From: Octopus vulgaris
Taxonomy: Eukaryota
Length of the DNA: 64,000 nucleotides
Reading direction: 5' to 3'
NCBI GenBank assembly: GCA_951406725.2
Contig: OX597836.1
Span: forward strand, 5,580,001 to 5,644,000
The position numbers and the translations under genes are program-made. This document shows, one piece after another, positions 1 to 13,559 of the stretch. The first letter of the stretch is position 1; each line of letters opens with the position of its first letter. Below the pieces are notes generated by a model, which did no database searches, was not told where the DNA came from, and worked only from the letters and a program-made list of their open reading frames with translations.

Positions 1-6
1 GTGTAC

Positions 7-42
<36 letters not shown>

Positions 43-46
<4 letters not shown>

Positions 47-198
47 GAGTGGATGTGTAGTGAGAAGCTGGCTTCCTAACCACATGGTTCCAGGTTCAGT
101 TCCACTGCGTGGCAACTTGGACATGTGTTTGCTACTCTAGCCTCAAGACGACAAAAGCATTGTGAGCGGATTTTGTAGACGGAAACTGAAAGAAGCCC
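43..198 (+). mobile_element. SINE family A, 5' part
   Basis: Diverged match to the head of 46205-46642 (ggttcagttccactgcgtggca...ggaaactgaaagaagccc). Confidence 0.8.
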
Positions 199-360
199 AT
201 AACTGAAGAGATGGTGGTGTGGATTTCCACCTCGGCATCCGAAATTCAGAGTTTTATCTTGGCTACCGAATAATTGTCACGTATTACATTTACAGATAAA
301 TTTCCTCTATTTACATAATATTGAGGTCTCTTCCATTCTTTTGTTATCTTACCGTTTTTA

Positions 361-448
<88 letters not shown>

Positions 449-474
449 TGTGTGTTTGTGTGTGTGCGTATATG

Positions 475-682
475 AGGAGCTGACAGAATCGTTAGCACGC
501 CAGGAAAATGCTTTGTGCTATTTCGTCTGTCTTTACGTTCTGAGTTCAAATTCCGCCGAGGTCGACTTTGCCTTTCATCCTTTCGGGGTCGATAATTAAG
601 TACCAGTTTCGTACTGGGGTTGATCTAATCGACTGGCCTCTTCCCCAAAAATGTTCGTCCTTGTAACTAGAGTAGAAAGAAT
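475..682 (+). mobile_element. SINE family B (tail variant 2)
   Basis: gagctgacagaatcgttagcacgcc...gagttcaaattccgccgaggtcgactttgcctttcatcctttcggggtcgata...tggcctcttccccaaaa...agagtagaaaga. Confidence 0.88.
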
Positions 683-856
683 ACTATATTGTAATAACAA
701 CCAAATTGGCAAAGTGTCATACCAATAGTTCAGAATCACCCAGCACCCATCGGAAAATAGACCTTAGGTGTGGTGTGATGCAGGTTCTAGCCACTGGAGG
801 TCTTTAAATATTTAGTGATATTTCTTTACATTCTGAATTCAAATTCCACCGAGGTT

Positions 857-1065
857 ACTCTTTACTCTTTACTCTTTAGTCTTTTACTTGTTTCAGTCAT
901 TTGACTGCGGCCATGCTGGAGCACCGCCTTTAGTCGAGCAAATCGACCCCAGGACTTATTCTTTGTAAGCCCAGTACTTATTCTATCGGTCTCTTTTGCC
1001 GAACCGCTAAGTGACGGGGACGTAAACACACCAGCATCGGTTGTCAAGCAATGCTAGGGGGACAA

Positions 1066-1140
<75 letters not shown>

Positions 1141-1305
1141 TACGACAGGCTTCTTTCAGTTTCCGTCTACCAAATCCACTCACAAGGCATTGGTCGGCCC
1201 GGGGCTATAGCAAAAAACACTTGCCCAAGATGCCACGCAGTGGGACTGAACCCGGAACAATGTGATTGGTAAGCAAGCTACTTACCACACAGCCACTCCT
1301 GCGCC
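857..1305 (-). mobile_element. SINE family A, full length, inserted into an older family B copy
   Basis: tRNA-like head, internal (TA)n, tail ...gaaacaag(taaaagag)n; flanks 815-856 and 1306-1400 are the two halves of a B element. Confidence 0.9.
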
Positions 1306-1648
1306 TTTATTTTCTTTCAGTGTCGACAAAATAAGTATCACTCACGCTCAAGGTCCCATACAATCGACTTTCTACTGCTCCAAAACTGCTGCCAAATTTC
1401 CAATCCTTTATTAGTCCTTTGGGTAGCAAGCTAGCAGAACTGTTAATGTAGCGCGGGTAAAAAATGCTTTGTATTAATTTTTGCGACTTATTTCGCCCTC
1501 AGTTCAAACTCCACCGAGATCCTTTCATCCTTTCAGTATCAATAAAAAAAAAACACAGTTTAGCACTGGAAATATAATCAACTTAGCCCCATTCTTAAAA
1601 TTTTTCATCTTGTACCGAAATTAGAAGACATTATATTATTATTCTATT

Positions 1649-2010
1649 TAGGGCAGCGGACTCGCGGTCATAGGATCGCGGTTTCGATTCCCAGACCGGG
1701 CTTTGTGAGTGTTTATTGAGCGAAAACACCTAAAGCTCCACGAGGCTCCGGCAGAGGATGGTGGTGATCCCTGCTGTACTCTTTCACCACAACTTTCTCT
1801 CACTCTTACTTCCTGTTTCTGTTGGACCTGTATTTCAAAGGGCCGGCCTTGTCACTCTCTGTGTTACGCTGAATATCCCGGAGAACTACGTTAAGGGTAC
1901 ATGTGTCTGTGGAGTGCTCAGCCACTTACACGTTAATTTCACGAGCAGGCTGTTCCGTTGATTCGGATCAACCGGAACCCTCATCGTCGTAACCGACGGA
2001 GTGCTTCCAA
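1649..2010 (+). mobile_element. SINE family C, slightly 5'-truncated, 11-bp TSD
   Basis: tRNA-like tagggcagcggactcgcgg..ggtttcgattccc; attattctatt at 1638-1648 and 2011-2021. Confidence 0.92.
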
Positions 2011-2699
2011 ATTATTCTATTGCAGTCGATTCTAACTTAATCTTAGAATCAAATCTTGTTTGGATTACAGTTGGTTTCCATCCGGTCTACCAATGTAAAT
2101 ATCCCGACCCTACATATACATGTAACTCCGATTTTCAAAGGCGTTTGAGTGATTAATAATATAAGACCCCGGCTCGCCACCTGTCGTAGATTAAAGCCCA
2201 GTTACTACATGTACCCATTTTGCAGCTGCATCAAATGCAATAAGGTGCTGTACTCAAAGGTGCAACGCGGTGGTAGATGCGACGATTGAACCAATGACCG
2301 CTAGATCGTGAAATACTAATAACACGAAGAGCATAGAATCAAATCCAGTACAAATCTGCGACCACCCAATAATGCATGCGCACATGGATGAAGGTGAAGC
2401 TGCGTGGTTAACGACCAGATTTTGCAACCATAAGGTTGTGCAAGGACTGGGAGTTGGGCGAGGGGTTAGATCAATTCTATCGACCAATGATTCATCTGGT
2501 ATTTGTTTTATCAAGTCCCGCTATCGGTTCTGCAAGTTCGTAGCCTTAAATTAAGAATAGTAATAATAACACGTAATAATCAGCCCTTATTGCTGTTTAG
2601 CCCATGGTCGACCACAATGAGAAGACGTATGATGGATGGAATGTGTTTTGTATGTGATCATCCCGTTTAATTCAATGTCTGCTATTCTATTATCCAATA

Positions 2700-3342
2700 A
2701 ATCAGTCTTTCATATCTAAAGACAGTAGCATGTGTGAACTAATGTAGATTTGGTTGTTATTTTTAGCAACCCAGATGACACTGTAGAGTCTTTCTCATTG
2801 ATTCGCCCGAAACGATAAATTTCTGACTAGAGGAATATTATATCACGTACATGCTTCCATAGTATGTATTCCTCTTTGCAGATTAAATAGCAACGTAAAT
2901 GCGATGCAGATTAGGGTTTTGTGGAAACTCTAATCGCAAATTATTTGAAAATTCTTGTAGTAATCATAATCCTTAATGATCTAGATAGTATTTTCCTTAT
3001 AATTATTTTCCAGTAAACATTTTTTATACTTATCAGTAGCGCATGCGAATTGAGGGGTATTTGGCTGTCATTTCTAGAAATTAAGGTGATCCTGTAGTGT
3101 ATTCCTCTTTGTTGGCTTGCCCGTCTACTTTTTTTTTGTTTATATTCTTGGTAAACTACTATTATATCACGTACATGCTTCCATACTATGTATTCCTGAT
3201 TTGAGATTAAATTACGTGTGTGCGGTGCGAGTTAGGGTGTAGCGGAAATTTTAATTGCAAACTCGAAAATCAAGCAAAGTATTGGAGAATTCTTATAATT
3301 CACATTGCAATGATCATCCCTAATGACCTAGATAGTATTTAA
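2700..3342 (+). repeat. Old diverged tandem duplication, period ~325 bp
   Basis: tattatatcacgtacatgcttccata.tatgtattcct at ~2836 and ~3160; taatga.ctagatagtattt at ~2974 and ~3321. Confidence 0.85.
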
Positions 3343-3883
3343 TTAGCTTGTTCTACTACTCATTAGTGCATTACACTCGAATGCGAAGCGATTTCCTCAG
3401 CACTTTCAAAACACTCCTATTAACTGAAGTACACGTATAAAAGAATTTTGATTTAATCTAAGGGAAATTAACGACGATTCTGCCTGCTGCAACTACGCTG
3501 TGTGTGCTGTTACGTGATGCTGCCGTGTTCAGAACGCCGATTGATATCTCTCCCGTTCCAAGTGTCCGTGCTACAAATCAGATTTCAGCGAAAAGCTTTA
3601 TTCGTGAATATTAAAACTCCCGAACAGAATAAACTTTACCTTAATAGCAAAGTTAATGGTGTTTAATAGACACAAGAGAGAAGTTATCTTTGAAGATATG
3701 GTCGGTGGTGATGTGTCTGGGAAGTAGTAGGCACGTTGTAGCTTTCGGTTGAAAGTAATAATTTCACTAACACAGTCAGATTGTTCCGGTTTCGAACGAT
3801 CTCGGCAGCTTCGTGGAACCTTGAGCAAGTATTTTATGTAATGGTCTTCCGAACAGAATAAAGTGTTAGTTTATTATTAGAAG

Positions 3884-4119
3884 CAGGCGAGCTGGCAGAG
3901 ATGTTAGCACGCCGGGCAAAATGCGTGGCCGTATTTCGTCTGCCGTTACGTTCTGAGTTCAAATTCCGCCGAGGTCGACTTTGCCTTTCATCTTTTCGGG
4001 GTCGATAAATTAAGTACCAGTAACGCACTGGGGTCGATATAATCGACTTAATCCGTTTGTCTGTCCTTGTTTGTCTCCTTTGTGTTTAGCCCCTTGTGGG
4101 TAGTAAAGAAATAGAAATA
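3884..4119 (+). mobile_element. SINE family B (tail variant 1), full length
   Basis: A-box-like tggcagagatgttag, B-box gagttcaaattcc, central gcctttcatc..ggtcgataaattaagtacc (Deu/Nin-like, from recall), tail tttagccccttgtgggtagtaaagaaatag. Confidence 0.92.
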
Positions 4120-4121
4120 GG

Positions 4122-4185
<64 letters not shown>

Positions 4186-5264
4186 TGTGTATATATATAT
4201 ACTTATACAGATATATATATACATATATATAATCTATCTTACCTATATATTTATATATATTATCTACCTATTTGTCCATGTATATTTGTGTGTGTGTGTG
4301 TGTGTGTGTGTGTCTGCGTGTACACGATGGACTTCCGCAGAGTTTCTGCTAATCAAATTCATTCACACTGCATTGGTCGGCTCGAAACTAAAGCAGAAGT
4401 CACTTGCCCAAGATGCTGCGCCATGAGACTGAACCCGTGACCACATGGTAACAAAACGATCTTCGTGGCCGAACAACCAACCTTTCGTCTTATGTTCGCT
4501 GTCCTTGGTTTACTCTTCTTTTTCTCTTTTCTTTTCTTATTTAATAGGATCAATCTCTCCCTCCTTTCGAAGTCTGCTGTCCTGCTTAATACATACCTTG
4601 TTATAAACATTATTTAGTTTCAGGTCGTTATATCTATTTTATATACTCACTCTATAATTATATCTAATGAAGTGTTAGCTTGTCTGATTACGGCTCTGTT
4701 TGTTATGCAGTTCGACATTTTGTTGGTTTATCGCCTGTCTCCAATTTGTCTGAGTGTTTTCGCTTCAAATTTTTGTTTAATTGTGTCTATCATATTTTCT
4801 AAGTCGCTAAACGCATTCATTTGTGTTGTTGCCAAGCGTTCTATCCTATTATTATTTGGTAGTGTTTCCCGGCTCTTTACACACCTCATGTCAAATGCCG
4901 CTAAGGTCAACTTCGCTCTCTTTTGGGGCCAATAAAATATGTTCTACTCAAATACCGGGGCGAATCTAACCGACTAACACCTTCCCTTAAAACCGCTGGC
5001 CATGCCCCATAAATTTCACCATTATATGTTACTTCTAAATTTTTAAATTATCTTTTCCTCGTGTGTGTTTGCTGTATCTGTGTTTGGTTGGGCACTGCCT
5101 TTAGTCCAACGTACCTCTACAAGTTCAATAGTTGTACACATTTTCGCTGTTGTAACCTGAGCTCATTGGATTTTTCGGGTCTAACAGCACACACCTTCCT
5201 CCTCGTGATCAGAACGAAGCTGATTTAGCCTGGAGTTGTGTACAATGAATACTTACAACCGTAA

Positions 5265-5500
5265 AGGCAGAGAGCTGGCAGAATCGTTAGCACGCTGGGC
5301 GAGATTTTAAGCGGTAGTTCGTCCGTCTTTACGTTCTGAGTTCAAATTCCGCCGAGATCGAATTTGCTTTTCGTCCTTTCGGGGTTGATAAATTAAAAAC
5401 CAGTTGTGTACTGGGGTCGATTAAATAAGTACCATAGGAATTGGGATCGATGTGATAGAATTACTCGCTGCCAAGATTTGAAACCAGTATTAAACCTTGA
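5265..5500 (+). mobile_element. SINE family B
   Basis: Same head and body. Further partial or decayed B copies at 1420-1630, 4880-5020, 6360-6550(-), 8340-8465, 12895-13195, 20410-20515, 30670-30800(-), 51050-51190(-). Confidence 0.8.
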
Positions 5501-6314
5501 AGCAGTGTTTTTGAAAACTTCGTTCCTATTGTTAGTGAAAATTTTCTTATTTCTTCCATTTTATATTCTTCTCCAAACTTCCAATTTGTTTTGTGTACTC
5601 TTTTATTCATGATCGTTCTTGTTACGCAACTTCTGGTTATCTGAAAGCTTAGAATGTTAATTAAAACCCTAACACCTGGGTAGGTGAAGACAAGAAAGTC
5701 TACAGGGTTAGTAAATCTAATATCTTCCCGTATTGTCAAATACTTTTGAACGCCTTAGTTGTACTTAACCTATGCGAAGTTAAGTGGACTGAGCCATTAT
5801 AATTTTAATGTAATTTTCCATGAGGAATGCTGTAATCCTATCTAATTCCGCCATTGTTCGGATTTCAATGAAACGAGCCAGTGAGAAACAGATTAAGGAA
5901 TGGAATAAAAGACAGAATAGATAGAAGAGAGAGATAGCGGAATGGAGTGAATGGGAGTAGAGCCTAAATAAAATGTATTCGAATCGCTGTATGGAGCATT
6001 GAGAGATAAAAGGGATGATGGAGGGAGCGTAGTAATTATAGGTTTTAAATGTTACATCATTCTCCATTAAAGGCAACAGCTAAATACGAATGACTGCGCG
6101 AATCACTGGAAATGGAATTGGAGAAGTTTATTGCCAAGTTAACGAGACAAACATAATGATAATTGCATCGGAAGGGAAAGAGATAATTTTTTTTCAAGTT
6201 ATAGCACTGCACAGACATCAACATACGTCGGTAACCATCCATTCTTCTTATCATTCCCCTACATCTTCTTCTTCTTCTTCTTCTTCTTCTTCTTCTTCTT
6301 CTTCTTCTTCTTCC

Positions 6315-6350
<36 letters not shown>

Positions 6351-6560
6351 GGTCGTTCTCAAATTTTAGCATAGAGCCAGAAATATCGGGAGAGAAGGAA
6401 AGTCGATTACGTCGACCACAATGCACACTGGTACATATTTATGTTATCGCTCTCGATAGACGAACTGCAACACCAACCGTTTGGAAATTTGAACTCAGTA
6501 CATAAAAACAGAAGAATTGCCGCTAGGTTCTTGCCCAGCATGTTCGCTTTATTTTTATTA

Positions 6561-6610
<50 letters not shown>

Positions 6611-6613
6611 ACA

Positions 6614-6805
6614 TCGAAAAATACCTTAGGAATGAGAACCCAGGTTCGAATTTTCGCCAAGACACCTGATCAAGGCTGGAGGGTATATCAGAGGAAACCT
6701 TGTGTTAACAACAAACAAAATGCGGTCAAATATCCGTCAAATGTAAATAAGGTAGATAATGTAAATAATGTAAATAATTCCTCATTTCTTAAATATAGAA
6801 CTGTA
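6614..6805 (+). mobile_element. Short Penelope-like element with hammerhead-like core, second family, copy 1
   Basis: gacac-CTGATCA-aggctg..cagag-GAAA-cc-TT-gtgtt (6661-6705); aligns with 46746-46909. Confidence 0.55.
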
Positions 6806-6894
6806 ATATATAAAAGAATTTTAAAATTAAAAAACGCTAAATATTTTATTCAAATTTCTATAGCATTCCATTTCATTTTGTTGTTACTTATGCT

Positions 6895-7160
6895 ATTGTT
6901 GTTTAGCCCAAGGTCAATCAAAATCCAGCAAATTCATGATTAAGGGCATTCCAGCCATACCCATCTCATCTCGTTATATGAAAAACACTTTTACACAAAG
7001 GTGTCCTTTTATTCTTTTGAAAACGATAGGGTGTGGTTTGAAGAATAATTGGGTATTGACAGCGGATGTCTCCAGCTAGAGACACACACTCGTTGACTCG
7101 TTAAGGACAGAAAGATATTTCGCAGCTATTTCTTGCAGGTCGAGCTACAACGTAGAGAGA
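6895..7160. mobile_element. Old interspersed repeat (family D)
   Basis: ttgttgtttagccc.aggtc..ggcattccagccat..agggtgtg.tttga..gctatttc; relatives at 2590-2810 and, inverted, 46930-47040 and 47150-47260. Confidence 0.55.
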
Positions 7161-8061
7161 TGACAGTGGTGGGATTTGAAAGCAGGAGGTGAAAATCCGG
7201 AAGAAATGCCGATACGCATTTTTATCAGACGTGGGGAATATAGTTATCAAATATATTGAAATGATATTGAACTTTAGGTGATCTACAGATATTTACGCAT
7301 TGTAATAGATTTTAGATTGGATAATATTGAAAAAACAAAATTGTCGATTCAATATTTGTGGTAAGCAAGCAGGAAATTTAGCGAATAAAATATACGAATA
7401 TTGCGTGACTCCAAATATATAAATACACAAATAATATCTGTAAATAGTGATGCGTAATCAATAACCGAAATACTTTTTTTTTTTTAGTTTATTTCAAATA
7501 ACATGTAATAATATGTAAATTCTGGTTAGAACGAAGCCGAGGTTTGTCTGGCGATAAGTGAAGTTTCGTCTTTCCAAAGCGGGGTTAATGCTGGTGTTAA
7601 TGCTAATGGGACAGACATGATTGTAGCATATGTCTCGGGTGGTGCAATGTCAGAAATTAGTATACATCTTCGCTCACAGATAATTCCTATCTATGAATAG
7701 ATGAAAAGCACACAAGTGCATATGCTCACATACATGTGTCTATATATGTGTATAGATCACTCGTTCTGTCTGTCGGCCGATATATTTATGCGGACACACT
7801 GACAGACGGACGCAGTCACATACATACACATACACGTATTTTCTTCTCTTTCTCTTTTTAGTTGAAAAGTAAATATTAACGTATGGATGGAAGGATGTAT
7901 TTATGCAGGTCTGTACGTATATGCAGGGAAAAAACAGCAAGTCAGACAGTTTGAAACAGATGTGGATATAAATATTATAATTATCTTGATTGCGGCTTCG
8001 AAATTCTACTGTGTTGGGATTCATTAAAATAATGGCCAATTCAAACTGTGACAATTTGAAA

Positions 8062-8103
<42 letters not shown>

Positions 8104-8232
8104 ATATATATATATATATATATATTTATCTATGTATCTATCTATCTATCTATCTATCTGTCTGTCTGTCTCTCTCTCTATCGAAAACTATCTCTCTGTG
8201 TATGTGTGTGTGGATTTCTCACTGTTTCTCTA

Positions 8233-8282
<50 letters not shown>

Positions 8283-8789
8283 CTTGTTTATCTGCTCTAT
8301 GTTTAGCTCTCTGTGGGCAATAAAGAAAAAATATTTAAGTCGGTGAACTGGCAGAAACGTTAGCACACCGGGCGAAATGCTTAGCGGTATTTCATCTGTC
8401 TTTACGTTCTGAGTTCAAATTCCACCGAGGTTGATTTTGCCTTTCATCCTTTCGGAGTCGAAAATGTATATATGTATATATATATCGTGTTTGTGTACTC
8501 CGTTTTTTTTTGTTGGTGTTTTTTTGTCTTTGTTGTCGTACACATTCGCTATCTTTCTTACAAAAGGATTTAATGCAATTAGCTTAGACATTTTGCGTGG
8601 CAACCAGATCGAACCATCTCAAGTGTAACAGCCCGAAATAGTAGTGATTCTGGTACTTGACTGAAGAAATAAAGCGAAGAATGACCCGTCTTTTTTTTTT
8701 TTTTGCCTGCCCTTCTAATTGTTGTTTCTCTTGCCTATGTATCGTCTGTCTTTCTGTCCGAACGTTTTAATGCCATGCGATTTTATTCC

Positions 8790-8850
<61 letters not shown>

Positions 8851-8945
8851 TAAATTAGAGACAAAACCACTATTATGCAAATCAAACAAAGAAAGACTTA
8901 AGCCAATACATAAAATAATTTATATAAATTAAATTTAATTAAAAT

Positions 8946-8999
8946 AACCACTACGATCGTTTCGTGTCAGCATTTCTATGAGACATTCTTCGGGTGGCT
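8946..8999 (-). ncRNA. Minimal hammerhead motif, near-intact (U4->C, A.C at base of stem II)
   Basis: Minus strand: agccac-CCGAAGA-atgtc-tcatagaaatgct-gacac-GAAA-cgatcg-TA-gtggtt, within a ~200-bp island (8845-9040) between TA tracts. Confidence 0.7.
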
Positions 9000-9047
9000 T
9001 CAAAACCTTCTTTGCAAGTTTTAAACTATGAATTTCGAATATATATA

Positions 9048-9263
9048 TTTTTTTTTTTGTACTTGTTTCAGTCATTTGACTGCGGCCATGCTGGAGCACC
9101 GCCTTTTAGGGTGGTGAAAGAGTACAGCAGGGATCACCACCATCCCCTGCCGGAGCCTCGTGGAGCTTTCAGGTGTTTTCGCTCAATAAACACACACAAC
9201 GCCCGGTCTGGGAATCGAAACCGCAAGTCCGCTGCCCTAACCACTGGGCCATTGCACCTCCAC
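9048..9263 (-). mobile_element. Chimeric SINE: family C head joined to family A 3' tail and oligo(A)
   Basis: 9110-9263 matches the C head; 9061-9108 matches the A tail; T-run 9048-9058. Confidence 0.8.
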
Positions 9264-9264
9264 G

Positions 9265-9324
<60 letters not shown>

Positions 9325-9327
9325 CGA

Positions 9328-9571
9328 GGCCCAGTGATTAGGGCAGCGGACTCGCGGTCGTAGGATCGCGGTTTCGATTCCCAGACCAGGCGTTGTGAGT
9401 GTTTATTGAGCAAAAACACCTAAAAGCTCCACGAGGCTCCGGCAGCGGTGGTGATCCCTGCACCATTCTTTCTCCTACTCTTTCTTCTGTTGGCCTGCTC
9501 GATTAGCCAGCGGGGTGGCGTCATTCGAAGGCTAAAACAATGCGAATGCATTGTGACCAGCGATGATGATG

Positions 9572-9572
<1 letters not shown>
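9328..9572 (+). mobile_element. SINE family C head with alternative 3' tail ending (gat)n
   Basis: C head to ~9460, then ttggcctgctcgattagccagcggggtggcgtcattcgaaggctaaaac...gcgatgatgatgat, not shared with other C copies. Confidence 0.8.
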
Positions 9573-9627
<55 letters not shown>

Positions 9628-9742
9628 TTATATATATATATGAGTTTGTGTGTACATACACGTATGTAAGTACGTATGTAAATATGTGTCTATGTAAGCA
9701 CGGTGTATATGTTAGTGGGGAGCTATGTGCGCGTGTGTCTGT

Positions 9743-9781
<39 letters not shown>

Positions 9782-10299
9782 AACGACTGACTGAGGCAAA
9801 GTATACGGCAACTGCAACGTTTGGGAAATTTTAATTAAAGCAGGAATATGTGCGCATCAGTTCCAAGTGTAGGAAATATAATGTTAGTCTCAAAGTGATG
9901 CTGGTGCAGCACTTTGAGACTAACAAACATAAAAAACAAGAAACAGAAACTCATATTAGAGACCTCCTTACGAATGCACGTAATATATTGACGATAAACT
10001 AGCGATAACAATCAGAGAGTTCGCTGCACGGTTATTGAATTAATATATTCTCTGTAGGAAACACAATTAGAGTTTTCCTATATAGATTTTAGGGTAAGAA
10101 CTAGTTTAAGAGAGAGAGAATGAAGTGAAGTGCTCAAAGGTGGGGCGGGAGAGAGAGAGAGACAATGTTGGGAGGAAATAACATTAACAGAAAGAAAAGT
10201 CATTTGTTCAGAAACTATTCTGTTAAAAAAAGTTGACTGACTCAGCAGTTCTCTCACCTTAAGAAAATTATTCACTCTCTCTCTTTCGCTTAAGAAAAC

Positions 10300-10745
10300 A
10301 TTCATCCTCCCTCTCTCCCTCCCTCCCTCTCTCTCTCTCATTCTTCTCATAGTAATCACACACACACTCGGTCTCTCTCACTCTCCGTTTCACTCTCTGT
10401 CTCTCTTAATCACTCACTCTGTCTGTACGTCTCTCCATCTCTCCCCTCTCTCCCTCTCTCTCGCCTCATAGTAATCACACACACGCACATACATACACTC
10501 TCTGTTTCTCTCGCTCTCTCATTCTTTGTCTCTCTTAATCGCTCACTCTGTCTGTCTGTCTTTCCATCTCCATCCCCCCCTCTCTCTCTTGCCTCATAGT
10601 AATCACACACACACACACATACACATACACACAATCTCAGTCTCTCTCGCTCTCCGTCTCACTCTCTGTCTCTCTTAATCGCTCACGCTGTCTGTCTCTC
10701 TCTCTCCTTCTCTCCCTCTCTCTCGTTTCATAGTAATCACACACA

Positions 10746-10784
<39 letters not shown>

Positions 10785-10895
10785 GCTCTCTCACTGACCG
10801 TCTCATTCTTTGTCTCTCTTATTCGCTCACTCTGTCTCTCTCTCTCCCCTTCTCTCTCTCTCCCCTTCTCTCTCTCTATCTCTCTCTCTCTCTGA
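10300..10895 (+). repeat. Composite minisatellite (~120-135 bp unit) built of CT/CA microsatellite pieces
   Basis: Anchor catagtaatcacac at 10348, 10467, 10595, 10729; second anchor tgtctctcttaatc.ctcac recurs in each unit. Confidence 0.85.
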
Positions 10896-11019
10896 CTTAC
10901 TCCACAAACAGAATTAAACAATGGTAGCACTCTTGCTGTGTGTCTTTCCAATTATCTTCTCTCTGAATTCAAATCTCTTCACGCGCAAACGCATCCTTCA
11001 TCCCTTCGGACTCGATAAA

Positions 11020-11243
11020 CATATTTCCAGACTCTGTGGTCAAGAAGCTGCCGTCGCAACTTCATAGTTTCTTGATTTCCGTCCCACTGGACGACACCTT
11101 GAGAAAAAAAATATGAAACATTATCTTCTACTGAACCGTAGCAGCCATCGACTGACCTAAGGTTTGCGAGTGAATGTGATAGATGGAACTCTCAGTGGTT
11201 AGTTATTGCTTGTACGTGTATAAATATATATTTGTGTGTATGT

Positions 11244-11287
<44 letters not shown>

Positions 11288-11500
11288 CTCTGTGTATGTG
11301 TCATTGTGTGTCTTTTTGTCCCCCTCCCCGATACTGGTTTGTTTATGTCCGCGTAACCTACCTCTTTGGCAAAACAGTCCGATAGATTGAGTATCAGATT
11401 GCAAAATGAAAAATTAAACATTGGGATCGATTAGTTCAATTAAACGCTCAAGGCGGTGCTGCAGCATGGCCACAGTCCAATGACTGTGATAACCAAATGA
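11020..11500 (+). mobile_element. SINE family A, old diverged copy
   Basis: gtcccactgg..accttg head; internal (GT)n; aaggcggtgctgcagcatggccacagtccaatgactg tail. Confidence 0.7.
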
Positions 11501-11761
11501 TAAATAAAATTGTGTTTCACTTCTCTCTATACTCACTCTCTCTCTCTCTCTTTCTATCTCTCTATCCCCCTCTCTCTATCTATCCATCCATCTGTCTGTC
11601 TCACTCTACCCCTCTTTCTTTTCTCTCCCTCTTCCTCTCTCTCTTTCTCTCTCTGGGTTTATATCTGCCCTATGATTTCAAATCAAGCCCCAGCCAAATT
11701 TAGATTCCATCAGTTCATGGTCGAAAAATAAAACACGATTTGAAGAACTGGAGTCGGTTCG

Positions 11762-11795
<34 letters not shown>

Positions 11796-12354
11796 TTCTC
11801 TCTCCCCCTCACCGTCTCTCTCTCCCTCTCTCCCTGTCGCCCCCTCTCTCCCTTCCCCCTCTCACTCCCTCAACCCCCTTCACTCTCTCTCTCTCAAGCA
11901 CGTACACCCACACACTTCACTAAATAGGGCCCTGAAGTGGCCCAGAACGATGACAATACAGACTCATTCACAACCCGTCTGTAGCCCCCTCAACAAAGAA
12001 ACGCAACCGTAGAGAAACAAATCTAAATGTCGTCGAGCCATTTGACCTTACACCTAACATTACAGCAGAAATCGGTGGCAAAGATTGATTCTTTTCGATT
12101 TAAATAAGAATATTTTATGGCATTAAGCACATTATTGAAAATTTCTCCCAAAAGGAAATCTAAACTGCGAAACCGTTTTAATTCTGGGAACAATATTTCT
12201 CGATAGGTGGAATATAATAAGTGTTTTATCGTAGTCTAGTGTTAGGTTGCGAGTGAAATTAATGTAATTGCTACTGACCATTTGTTGCGCAGTATGGTGG
12301 GTATAAGTGTGTGTGTGTGTATACGTGCGAATGTGTGTGTATCAGCATATAATA

Positions 12355-12411
<57 letters not shown>

Positions 12412-12600
12412 TTTTATAAATATGCATATACATATATATACATATGTATATATTTATAAATATACATATATATCTATATATGTATGCATAATATATAAAT
12501 GTGTGTTTGTGTGTGTGCAAACTGGCGCTTGTGTAAATTGTAGGTATGTATGTAAAGGGTAGTTTTATCGCCACTTTAACGTAGCTATATGTATGTATGT

Positions 12601-12688
<88 letters not shown>

Positions 12689-12741
12689 TATATACATATA
12701 TATATATTTATATATGTATATGTACAGTTACAATATATGTA

Positions 12742-12781
<40 letters not shown>

Positions 12782-13329
12782 TACATATATATATTGATTT
12801 ATTTATGTGTGTATATACATATACACACACGCATACACACGCACAAAAGTAAGTGTAATGGGTCTGTTTACAAACCTCATAATTTCCATCATAAAGGCGG
12901 CGAACTGGCTTAATTGTTTGTATGCCGGACAAAATGCTTAGAGGCATTTCTTCTGGGATTACTTTCAAATTGTGGTTCAATGCTAAGTCAGGTGAGAGGA
13001 GCCAGATGAGTGCAGCTAAACGTGTAACTGAAAGAGTGAATGAGTTCAAATTCCACCGAGGCCCAATTTGGTTTTTTATCAGTTTGGGGTCGATAAAATA
13101 ATTACAAGTCTAGCACCGAGGTTGCTGTAATTGACTAACCCACCCTCCTCCACCCATCACCCCAAAATTTCAAGATTGAGGCTATAGTAGCAAGAGCTGT
13201 TTTTGTCGTCGTGGGGTTTGATGACCGAAGTTCGTTTGTTTACGCCACCATATATGTGTGTGCGTGTATGCGCATGTGTGTTCGTATATGTAAGTGTATG
13301 TGTATGCGTGTCTGTGTGGTATGTGTCTC

Positions 13330-13404
<75 letters not shown>

Positions 13405-13415
13405 GTATGTGTCTC

Positions 13416-13559
<144 letters not shown>

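Noticed and set aside
4500-4910. Non-repetitive stretch with 60-87 aa ORFs, possibly a decayed retroelement ORF
   Set aside because: No RT or GIY-YIG motif could be confidently read; multiple stops.
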